From positions 4,526,001 to 4,590,000 of the forward strand of contig OU015566.1 of NCBI GenBank assembly GCA_907165135.1: a DNA stretch of 64,000 nt, written 5' to 3'. Positions 38,231-49,320 of the stretch are shown here, in pieces. Within the stretch, counting starts at the first letter, position 1, and every line of letters starts with the position of its first letter. A model generated the notes under the pieces. It was not told the DNA's origin, ran no database searches, and saw only the letters and a list, made by a program, of their open reading frames with translations. The translations under genes were made by a program, and so were the position numbers. The DNA comes from Oikopleura dioica (Eukaryota > Animalia > Chordata).

Positions 38231-38619
38231 GAAATGAAAAATTCTCTTATTATAAAATGCAATTTTCGTTGTTGCATTTGAAAAGTTTTCATCTTGAAAA
38301 CAAGTTGTTTATTGCATGCCTTACGTCAGAAATGAGGTTTTACGATCGTGTCTTTTTCTTGCTCATTTTTTTGCATTTGGATCGAATAAAATAAAAAATG
38401 GGAAACGCTCTCAGGTCTGTTTCTTTTTCGTTATCTCTAGCTAGTTGATTCAGTATTATAACCGGTAGAAGGCAGCTATCAGATGAAGAGACCGCGGCAC
38501 TGAGCTTTTCTTCTTACTGTAAGATCGGAAAAAAGGGAGGACTCGAGAGAGTATCTTTTAAGTTACGAAAGAGGAGATAAACTACCTATACAACGAATTC
38601 GGACGAATAAACGGAAATT

Positions 38620-39475
38620 TTTCGCAAATTTCGAAAAGAACAATTTGGAGGCAAAACATCAACTATCTTTTTTCGGAAGAAAATGAGGATAATCTTGAAA
38701 GGCCGAAGAAGTATTTGAAGGACAAGGAAGATGAAAACATGGAAAAGGTGAATTTCAAGATTTGTTAGTGACACCCTTAAAAAGTCCTTTTTTGATTGTT
38801 TATGTTCAGAAAGACCCCGAAGAAATGGTAAGATAAATCAATTTTTTTATGAGAGAAAAAAAAAAATCTGAAATTTTTTTCTCTTTTTTATTATAGCTCA
38901 ATATGCATTTTCTTGAAATAATGAAATTTTAGTATCTGAATCGAACAAGTCGATTGAACAAAACAGATTTCGTCGACCGGCTGAGCGACAGAATGGACAT
39001 GAGCGGGCATGGAAATCTCGACGTTTCCGATCATATTCGTTGGTCGTCGATTTTGACCAGAGGAAATGTCGAGCAACGCCTTGCTTGTCTCTTCGGAACG
39101 GCTCTAGAACTCACCTCTCTTTTTGACAAGAATCTCTTGAAGCCAGTTGAAAGCCATTTACGATCGAGGTGATGGATTCACCGACAAAACGACCATCGAA
39201 AGCGTCCGAAAATCCTTCGCGGAAATGATCGGAAAAGACGGTCTGTCTTAATTTTTTCCATGTCTCATCCCAAATATTAAGGTGGTATGCCATCGTGCGT
39301 CCTGGACGACATGTTAAGGGATTCACCAAGAAAATTGATTTCAAGAGACTTTTTTGTCGCCTATCTTTCAGGATTGGTTTCCGAGGGACTTTATCATTTT
39401 GACACCCTTATTATTTCAATTTCAATTTCACCTGAAAAACCAAAAAAGCCGACAAGAAAATCTGCCAAAACTTGA
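38620..39475 (+). CDS. Divergent neuronal calcium sensor/KChIP-like EF-hand protein; ends uncertain
   Basis: DRLSDRMDMSGHGNLDVSDHIRWSSILTRGNVEQRLACLF|AIYDRGDGFTDKTTIESVRKSFAEMIGKD matches the NCS pattern LSILxRGxxEEKLxWAFxLYDxDxDG after a GA-AG intron at 39096-39153. Confidence 0.6.
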
Positions 39476-39719
39476 CCGCCCTTGATAATCTCCTGATCCC
39501 TAAGACCCTTACTGATATAGACACAAAAATGTAGTCCCTTGAATAAAAAAAAAATCAACGATGAATATGAATAATGAGCGTTTATTTGAAATAAAACATT
39601 CGAAAGAAAGAAAGAAAAAAAGAAAGAATAAAGAAAAGAAATTTTTTCATGAGGCTTGAACTTTTGGAAACACACAACAAAAAAAGGTAAGAAGGAGAAT
39701 ATTCGGAAAGTGGAAAAAT

Positions 39720-40476
39720 TCATACGCGAGTCGGAGAAGAGTTCCAGCCATTGTCTTTGAACATATGGACGAGTTCGATAATTGTCTTGCCCTCTTTGTA
39801 CTTTTGGGCGGGCTCGAAAGCGTGCTCGTATTTCCAGCCGAGCACGGTATTGCAACTAGAACATCGATCAGTTCCTCCTCGAAAGTTCAAGCTGCTACCT
39901 TTTACAGAAAACATCTGCCACATGATGGCGTCCAGTCAAGAGGACACGTTCTTCGGCCTGGCCTGCAGCCACATTGACGACCTCGTCGAAAAGATATGCC
40001 CGCCCTTGCGATCCTTAATGAATACCGATGAGATTTATTGTTTCCTTGCTTCCTTACCTTGGAATCCTTTTGAAACCAAATTTTCATGGCGGGCTAGATG
40101 AGCTCGGCAATATCGACAGCTAAAGAATGATTTATTTTATTTTTCGATAAAAAGATTGTTTGAACCGGAGCTCGGCAATCTGAGTCAGGGTCAGAAAGCT
40201 CAAAAATGAAAAGCCGCGTAGCGGCTTTTTTAAAACCGAAGCCGCATAGCGGCTTCGCCATCATTTATGAATGTATTGAAATGTTTATTTTGCGAAGCCG
40301 CTATGCGGCTTCGGTTTTAAAAAAGCCGCTGCGGAGAGCATTTAGACCCTGACTCAGGTTTCGACTCAGGTTGCTAACTATTGTTTACCTAAAAATCCTT
40401 TTGCCGTCAATATACAGCTGGTTGTATTCCCAATCATCGTCGCCTTCTTGATGCTTTTTCTTGTTTGGGAAGCAAC
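39720..40476 (-). CDS. YPEL: Yippee-like protein (YPEL1-4 type); 5' end unresolved
   Basis: [36 protein letters not shown]...[54 protein letters not shown]. Confidence 0.95.
40170..40378. mobile_element. MITE family A in a YPEL intron
   Basis: ctgagtcagggtcagaaagctcaaaaatgaaaagccgc ... gaccctgactcagg; inner gaagccgcatagcggcttcg palindromes. Confidence 0.85.
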
Positions 40477-41378
40477 CCCCTTAATCAATTTCACCATCAT
40501 CCTCCTTTTTGTTTTCTTACCGATAAAATTTTCGAAGAAAATCGCCAGTTTTGCGCTGTTCTCAGCTCATGTTTCAAAAAATCGAAAAAAGGAGCCTCGG
40601 TGAAATTCTCAGTATTGAACTGAAAACCATGTCATAAGACCAAATTCGTTTCACTGCGTAGGGCACTCTTTCCCCCAACAACGGCCAATCGAGGAGCGCC
40701 GAAGAAATCGCCTTTCCTTCTCAGCGCAGCGACTAGGGTGCGCACGTGCGAGTGGGGTCACGGGGTCCGAGTCTTATTTTTGAAAGACGAAAATAAATAA
40801 TAATTATTACTTTTTCAGCGTAAGACGAATGAAAATCAATCATTTTGAATCTTTTTTCTTTGAATTAACAAAGTGACATCCTTAATTTTCAAGAAAAAAT
40901 CGAAGTTAAAATTTTCTTTGGAAACTTAATTTTATGTTCTCGAAATGAGATACCCTAGTTGTCAGTGAAATTATCCCGTAAAAAATCACTATTAGTGACA
41001 CCCTTATGGGATGAAAAGAAAGTTGAAGCTGTCTAAAATTGTGGAAACCCTAGAAATATAATGAACTGAAAATCCCCATGAGAGACGAAAATTGGTCAGC
41101 AGGTTCGCAAAAGCCAATTCAGACGTCGTCTGAACTGTAACAACAACGCAATATATTCTGATGATTACATAAGCAATCATGGAAGACAAGGATATTGCCG
41201 TCCTCGATCCCAGATTTTTGCGATGATAGTCAAAAGACGATTTTTTTCAGCCAATTCGTATATGCTTGTAATTTGCAGGCTTAATTAGTCAAGTTTTTGA
41301 TTGCATGAATGATTCAAAACGGGCTAATTACTTTTTTTCTCTCACATTTTTCCGCCATTTCCTTCTCAAAACTAAAAA

Positions 41379-41705
41379 ATGAGTAAACAAGGAGAGAAGT
41401 CCGAATTGATATGCGTGATTCTCATCCCAATTCGTAAGTCCAACCTACCCCGTGTTGCTTTCCTCCTTATTCTAGTGCCCATCATTTTCCTGCTACTGAT
41501 TATGGTCTGCTACTGGAAATCAAATCCGAAAAATCTCTCGACAAGAAAACGAAAGTATCGTGAGGACAAAGTTCTTTGGAATCTCGGAAAAGGTCCGAAA
41601 CCGGCGTATCAGAAAAAATACGAAGAGATTTTTTACATTCCTTGGAGAAAAAACAGATATCGAGGAGAACATCATCGAAATCAACAATTTGAACTGTTCA
41701 TATGA
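41379..41705 (+). CDS. Possible small single-pass membrane protein
   Basis: 108-aa ATG ORF with a hydrophobic stretch (VAFLLILVPIIFLLLIMVCYW) and a basic tail; no homology recognised. Confidence 0.3.
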   Translation: MSKQGEKSELICVILIPIRKSNLPRVAFLLILVPIIFLLLIMVCYWKSNPKNLSTRKRKYREDKVLWNLGKGPKPAYQKKYEEIFYIPWRKNRYRGEHHRNQQFELFI

Positions 41706-41854
41706 AATTGATGAATTTTTATTGAATCTTGGACTTAAAAGAGAGAATATAGAAATCTTAGGTTTGAAACTGGAAAGAAATCTGTAAGGATTGAACTTTC
41801 GCGGAAAAGAGGAGAATCGAGAAAAGAAGAGATTCCTCCGGAGAGAGGAAGAAA

Positions 41855-44800
41855 TTACTCTGAGCACATTCTTCGCTTGAATTGTCCGTGGAACTTGTTG
41901 AAATGTCGGACGAGTCTGTCAGCAGATCCTCGAGCGCATGCCCATTTTCGAGATGCCGAGACGAGAGCCCCGTTGATTTGAGAGGCGAGTTTGCAGTTGG
42001 TCGTTCCATCGAAGACTTGGAGATCTCCGGCTTCATCATCCTCAGGTACGTCGGAACCGTCGCATCGGTACTTGTCTTCGTTTGTTGATGCGTCGAGCTG
42101 TTGGATCTTCTTTAACATTTTTCGGATGTAAGTTCGAGTGAATCGCGTTTTTTCCAAGTTGTCAATCAGTCTCTTAATAAATCATTACAATCAAAGTAAA
42201 CACGGTTCGATCTTAAAAGGCTACTTACGGCGAAGTGTCCATTGACTTTATTCATTCGGATGGTATACTGAGTCTGGATTTGTTTCCAAGCTTTCTTGTC
42301 CACACAGACTCCATCGATCTCTTCCCATCCTTTTCCGTCGCAAATGCACTCGTACGACCCTTCTGTGTTATTGCAAGTAGCTCCTTCCGCACAAGGAACC
42401 AGGAGAGTGTCCCCGATAGAAGTCAGTGTAACCGAAGCGTCGATGATGGCACACTCGTCAGCATCGGCGCAGCTTCCATCGACCATCTCGTAGCCGTCGT
42501 TGCAAGTGCAGGCACCGTTTCGGCAGAATTCCTGGGCTCCGTCGCATGTGAGCGTCTCGCAAGGATCGACAGCAGTGCAGACGAAGCCATCGCCGTGGAA
42601 GCCATCATCACAGGCGCAAGTATAGCCCGATGAAGTGTCAGTACAGGTCGCGTCGGCATGGCAATCGTCAGTTCCAAGAGCGCATTCATCAGGATCAGTT
42701 GACCCCGCAGATGTAGCTGCAGCTGATGCGAAGTCCTCCAGCATTGCAGCAAGCGTTGCGAATTGATCTGCGACGCTTCCTGCAACTGGAATGATATCTA
42801 ATTTCTCTCCATCTTCGCATTGATTTTCAGCACTTGTTTCAATTGCCCTGTAGGCATCGAATACTACAGTGGAGGTTGTTTTGGCAGTAATGAAGATTTT
42901 GTCGAGAGAAAACTCTGAGCAAAGGAGGAAATTGACAGCAGGATCCAGAGGATAGTAAGTGTACTGACCACCCGCTTGATTTGGATCGTTGCCGAAGATG
43001 TAGAGATCATCAAGAGTTTGGCCGGGGAGCAGGGATGTTGGAGGTGTGACTGTGCCGCCAGATTTGGTTTCTAATAAAGGGTCACTTTGAAATAATGAAT
43101 AAATGAATTAAAAATTTTTGACATAAACAATATAATATTGTTTATGTTCTTCCGTTGAACGTTAATCTCTACAAAAGCTTCGGCAATTCGTGATTTAAGT
43201 CTTATTTATGACCCTATTCTTGTGTCCAATAATGAACATCAGTAGCAACGATGATTGATTTCGCAGAATCTTCCGACCAATTCATAGCGTCAGCTGATCT
43301 TGTCCAAATCGCACCGGAGAGAGTATCTTCTTCCCAGTCACCTTAATAATTATATAGAAATGTTCTCCGACATCGTTTTATTAGAATGATATGTTTAATT
43401 AGTCAATATCTTACCTCCACCGTACATGCTCCCAAGACGCGCCATGCAGATATCATAAACTTCATCAAGTTTAACTTCATCGACCTCATCTCTGTCATCA
43501 AGAAACTCGGAGACGTCAGTCAATTCCAAGGGGATATCGAAAACTCTCGACCATGTTCTTGTGAATTCGCCGGAGTCAAAAGTTCTATCCGAGTAGAGGG
43601 AAATACCGATGCGGAAGATCTCGTCTCTTTCTTCCTCCAGTTGGATTCCCCTTCGAATCAGTGTCTTAACACCGTCGCATGCGTCACTCCTGTAGCTTCT
43701 GTATGAGCCGCTTCCGTCAATCATCACGACCATGTCCTGGATGAGTTTGGTTGGTGGTGCATCTGTTGTTGTTGGGAACACACAAGTTTGAACACCATCG
43801 GCACCGGTGACGAGGTTGAAACCGTCAGCACAGACACATTCGTAGCCGATCGGTCGGTTGACGCATCCGTGGAACGGTCCTCCACATCGGCCTGGCCCCG
43901 CGTCAGCACACTTGTTGTTCATCTCACAGCCGTGGTAGGCGTTGAGCTGGAAGGCATCCTGCTCAGACATTGGCCATGTTCTGTCGACAGGAGCGCGGAC
44001 CGACGGATTTCCGGGGACTCCGATAGTAGCAAGTCCATCTGGCTCAGTCCCCGAGTAGTAGTGAAGAATCGAGTTGAAATCGTATGGGCTGCCAAGATCC
44101 TCCCACTGCCCGATGGCGGATGGACCGTAGGTCAACTTTCGGTAGTTCCAAGTGTCGACCACATTCTCGTGAATGGCCACGTGATCATCGCGATCAGGGC
44201 GCGAATGCTCGTGGAGAAAACCCAATCGATGCATGAACTCGTGATTGACCGTAGTTCCGCCCCACCAGGTGTAGCAATCAGGTCGCATGTTGATGACAGC
44301 ATCACCATTGCTTCGACCAACGCCGGACCAGCACTTTTCGTCCGGATCATTATTCCATGTTACTCGGATGGCGGAATCGTAGTCGTCCTTTTCAGCTTCG
44401 GTGATGAGTTTCATCTTGACGCAGGTAAGTCGTTCGAAATGAGCGACGTTGTCGTTGATTCCATCCATTGACATTGCCCCGGTGTGTCCCTCGAATTCGA
44501 AGTCTTCGTATCCCGCAGAATAGTAGTATGGGACGACGAACTTGTTTTGAGCCGGGTCCCATAAATTATTCCATTTTGTCACGCTCCCAACGGCAGCACG
44601 ATCCTCATCACCGCCCTTGTCGCAATCATCCTCGATTACCATGGCCGGGTCGATGGTGATACCTTGGCTTTCGAAGTATGCTGCTTGACATTGATTCAAA
44701 AAGACGTCATCTGTTTCAACTTCCTCGGTGGCATTGACAGTTGCATAGACTAAAATTATGATTTTTTCGCTGTAAATCTTGACAGTAAAAAATTATCTCT

Positions 44801-44903
44801 TTGTTCTTTCTTATTTGTTTATTAATATAAGATGATATTTTTTATGAGATTTGATATATATTTTTGATAGGATATAACCTGCAAGAAACTTGAAGAGTTT
44901 CAT
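41855..44903 (-). CDS. Secreted astacin (M12A) metalloprotease with EGF, vWA, further EGF repeats and a C-terminal Cys-containing helical domain
   Basis: Signal MKLFKFLA|VYATVNA; HEFMHRLGFLHEHSRPDRD; EGF; DMVVMIDGSGS (MIDAS-like); cbEGF repeats (DPDECALGTDDC...); final ORF 41855-42157. Confidence 0.9.
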
Positions 44904-45107
44904 CTTCTTGAGAAAATGGGCTATCCCTTTTTGCTCAAATGTTACGAAAATTGACTCCGCGCTTTGTTTTATACTGTTCTAGCGCTGGCGCTCAAGATCT
45001 AACGAGGCGCATAGGGCGCCACATGAACTTTCTTCAGAGAATCAAGAACCACTTCAGAAGACGATTCAAAATGGGCAAAGGTCTCTCTTAGAAAGGTGTA
45101 ATTAATT

Positions 45108-45445
45108 GAGAGCTAAAGCTCAGCTCAGCTCAGCGATTTCGACGTGAGGGTCAGCTTAGCTGAATTTTTCTGAAGAAAGCTAGCTCAGCTCAATGGTTCT
45201 TCGAAAAGAGCCAGCTCAGCTTAGCTGGCTCAGCTTAAAATAATTGTCAGCTCAGCTCGGCTAGCTCAGTTTGAAAAATCGTTAGCTCAGCTCAAAAATT
45301 TTCAGATAAGCCCCAGATAAGCTCAGCTCAGCTCAATTTTTTTGAAAAATCCAGCTAAGCTCAGCTCAGTTGTTTTTCAAAGGGGTCAGATCAGCTCAGC
45401 TAAATTTCGACCTCAGCTCAGCTAGCTCAGCTCATTTTCGAAAAT
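45108..45445. repeat. (AGCTC)n clustered pentamer array between divergent genes
   Basis: Blocks of agctcagctc separated by short A/T spacers; 3' end ttgcaactctg resembles a hAT-type terminus. Confidence 0.8.
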
Positions 45446-45906
45446 TTGCAACTCTGGTTGGCATACGTTCTTGGACTCAAGAAATGTTCTTTTGAAAATC
45501 GTGTTTTCTCAAGGGCCGAAGGTGAAATAATTCTGAAAACAGCATAATGCCTCACGCAGCGTTTCAAAAGTATTGCTTAGGCTTTGCGGTATTTTGCACA
45601 AAGTGCTCTTTTTTGTTTTGGGTGCTCGAGACTCGCTGAGGTTTCAGCTCCGTCGGGCAACTCCCCTTTTCAAACATAGAAATAAACTTGCTTTAAAATA
45701 AATTGAAGAAAAGTTCGGCGACTTTCTTAATTAATAAATTTTGGCGCTCAGTCAGTGATTCGACCCCTCATCAAGCATTCAAATTCTGATTTAACAAGAT
45801 GAATATCCCTTAGTCAACCCCTTTTCCCAATGTTTGTTCAAGAGCAAACTTTGTAGTTCGATTTATAAGCTCTGATCTTTCCCACTCTATTCCCAAATTT
45901 TTTAAA

Positions 45907-47262
45907 ATGTACAATGGAAACGCCAGAGCTTTCAATGCCTTTAACCAGAGAGATGTCATGTTGAGCTTATCAGCGACTCATTTGCATGACAAAGATGTGT
46001 TTTCAAAGTCCGATCCGTATGCAGTTGTTTATCGGGAAGGTTCAAATTTACTAAAAATTTTCTTGAAAAAAAGACGAACCAAAAACGAGTCATGATGCAA
46101 ACGTCCACAATCCCGAAGAACTTGGAAGAACAGAGACTCTCAAAGACAATTTAAACCCTTCTTGGACGACAAAAATCAAAGTCCCACACAACCTGAAATT
46201 CATAAGAATTGCCGTCTTAGATCAAGATTCTCCAGGCAAAAAAATCTCGGTAACACTAACCCCCTCTCTTTCTTAACCAAAATCAAGAGCGATGATCGTT
46301 TGGGAGAAGTTATAATCGAAATGGATGTGCTGCTATCATCTGGTCTTTTGAAAGAAACGTTTCATTCCTTGAAGAAAAATACGATAAAGAACAAACCGAC
46401 GGCGATTTCCAAGTCTAAATTGGGGATTTTTACGTATCCATGCAATTCTGGAGACCCGGTTCGATATCGATTTCATTTTCAGGAAACGGCTTTTTCAGGG
46501 GTCGAAAAATCGGAAACCGACAAAAATATTCGTCGAAATTTTGCATGGGCGGCTACTCGGCTGCTGATTGGCCGGTAAGCCGAATACAGGCATCTGATTC
46601 GTTGAAAATTTCCTCGCAAAATTTGACGAAAATTTTTGTCGGTCCCAGACACCTCCCCGAAAAATTGAGTTTATGAGGGCCACTCCCTTAATCAAATTTT
46701 GAAAGCCGAATTGAAGGGAATCAATCTTGTCAACAAAGATACATTTAGCAAAAGCGATCCTTTCTTCGAAATACGTTTCTGTGGTATTCCAAAAATCGAC
46801 CAAGAATATCATTTTTCATTCTTTTTCTAGCGCCGAATACCACAAAAGAAGTGACAGTGTACCGAAGCGAAGTGCTTGATGATAACTTATGCCCGGATTG
46901 GGTGCCCTTTATTATTCATAAAGATCAGCTCTGCGCTGGAGATGACAGGAGAAAGATCAAGATTCTTGTGTTTGACTACGACGGGCCTGAGCAATTCGAG
47001 GTTTTTGCTCGAAAAAATTTTAATGTGAATTATCAATAATAAGATGATTGGTGAGACAGAAATTCAAGCAAATTGTCTCCACGATGGTCTGCTTCTCCCT
47101 TTGATCGAGCCGAAGAAACTCAAGAAAAAGTCATCTTATCGGTAAAAAATGATAAAAAGCGAGTTGATACCCTTATTCGAAATTTCTTCTAGAGGCTCGG
47201 GATTTCTGAAAATCGCGGACGCAACGCGAATCTCCGCTGCGCGCCAAAAATATCCCAACTGA
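45907..47262 (+). CDS. Copine-like tandem C2 protein lacking the vWA domain
   Basis: LSATHLHDKDVFSKSDPY...ELGRTETLKDNLNPSW; LKGINLVNKDTFSKSDPFFEI...YRSEVLDDNLCPDW...VFDYD; stop after ...RGSGFLKIADATRISAARQKYPN*. Confidence 0.85.
46499..46677 (+). mobile_element. Family B element making up a copine-like intron (GG-AG)
   Basis: cag|gggtcgaaaaatcgg...ttatgag|ggc; colinear with SURF4 intron 1. Confidence 0.7.
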
Positions 47263-47345
47263 TTCAAGATTCCAACTGATAAAACTCACATTCAAAAACT
47301 CACAATCGCACTGTCACACTTTTTTTGCTTTCAAAGACGAATAAA

Positions 47346-49265
47346 ATGGATTCAGAACGAGAGCCTTTGCTTTATAATTCGAAGAATAAAGAGACTGAAG
47401 AAAGGGTGAAAAAGAGAAATGTGCTTATTCTTGGGCTTGGCTTTTTCTTCGGTAATACGACTTTTTAGTTTCTTAAAATTAATGTAGGGAGACCCTTAAT
47501 TCGGAAAGGAGATAGAAATATTTTTTTTCTTTGTTTTAACTTTTTAATCATCAAATGAATTAAGGGTATCACTTTGATAACTCTCGAATAAAATTACTTT
47601 GAAAACATGATTTTACGTTGTGTATCCCCTTAAATTTGACATTCAAGTTTACACTGGTTATCTGACCGCTGCTGGAACTTCTGAAACCATGCTTCGTTCT
47701 TTCAGGTTTTCTTATTCTTCATTTTTCCGACAAAAACTGATTCTAGCTACCGAACCGGCAAAACATCGAATGGCTTCATTTCCCTCGGAATCAATGCTTT
47801 GTTCAATGGAGTCACTGCTCCCTTCGTTCCGATTCTTTTTCGTCTTATGTCTCGCCGGACCACGATGTTTTTAGGAGCTTTGCTGAGTGCTTCGTATGTT
47901 TTTTGCTTTATTCGACCTACGCCGGAGCTTTTGTACTTGTTTTCCGCTATTTCTGGGGAAGGGGCTTCAAACCATCAACCCTCTTTTTTGACTCCAAAAG
48001 AAATTTGAAGCCCCGAAAAAGAATTGGCGGAACACTCCTCTGGGTCTCACAAGGAGCCGATTTGGTGGTCAATTCAACGCCGGAAACGATTTCAAGAAAC
48101 ACCGCAGTCTTCTTCTCCTTCTACATGTCCGGAATGTTCGGTGGGAACTTGTTCGTGTACTTTGATTGGAATGGGCAAGAATTCGTGTCGCAGTCGCAGC
48201 AGAGTTCTTTAGGGAGGCGTTTTCAGACTTGAAATTTTCAACCTGGCAATTTTCATTTTTTGAATGTCCTGAAAATTCCTGAAAGCCATCATTCTCGGAA
48301 TAATCACAACCGTCGGCGGCCTCGTCTTCCTCCTCTCCAAGCCCGAAGTTTCTCATCTCCCAACTTCGTCTTCATCAATCCTTTCCGAATGCAAATCGAA
48401 CTTCCTCGCAGCGTTCAAAATGGCGAAAAAGAGACCAGTTCAGCTTTTGATGCCGGCGATGGCGCTACTTGGCTTGGAAATTGCTTTCTATCAACTGGCG
48501 ATGCCAACTTGTATCGGAACGACACATGAGCTGGATGACCCGAAAGGGAGTGTTGGATTGGTGATGATTTTTCTCGGCGCTGGAGAGCTTTTGGGGACGT
48601 TTTGTCAGCTAGCTGCGTCAAAAATGGTAGGGGAAGAATGCTCCATTTTGCGGGAAACCCTTTTTCGTAGTGATACCCTTAAAAATTTGTCATCTAGCCC
48701 CCCATGGATTCAAGAATCGCTCAAGTAACCGTCGGAACCGCCCTCTATATCATCGCTTCAGCTATCAGCTTCTGCATGTTTCCTGAAGGTACGTCCTTAT
48801 TTCCCCAATCTCATCAACCCCCTCTAGAATGCACGATTCACGAGACCTTCACCGAAGGAATCATCAAACCTCGCCGCTGGATTCTCTTGCTTTGCGCTGT
48901 GATTTTCGGCTTTTACGATTGTACAATGCAAATGTGCATCAATCAAATGTTTGGAACGCTTTTTCGATCTGAGGAAGAATCTGGAGGGTTTTACGTCTTG
49001 CTCAATCTGATTCTTTGTGCGACTCTTACTGCTGGATTTATGGAAGTGCTTTCAAATGACCTATGATTTCCAAGGCTCTAAAATCTGTGTTTAGCCCTGA
49101 GTCAGGTTTCTACACGGGTTTCCTGACCAACTCAAAGCACTAAAAAGATACGCTCCGTTCATAACTCTTCCCGTCCAAATCTGCATCAACTTGTCAATGT
49201 GCCTCCTGGCCACCTGCTGTATATTGCGGATGGACTTCATGATGCGAAACAACCTTTTTATCTAA
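47346..49265 (+). CDS. MFSD11: UNC93-like MFS protein MFSD11
   Basis: NVLILGLGFFF, GGTLLWVSQGADLVVNSTPETISRNTAVFFSFY..FGGNLFVYF, VGLVMIFLGAGELLG; last exon junction uncertain. Confidence 0.85.
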
Positions 49266-49320
49266 TAAACTATCAAAGATATATTTTGTACAGAAAATGT
49301 GAAAGCTTATAAAACGATTT

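Noticed and set aside
43788-44471. 227-aa plus-strand ORF opposite the astacin domain
   Set aside because: Antisense shadow with no motifs and no splice support.
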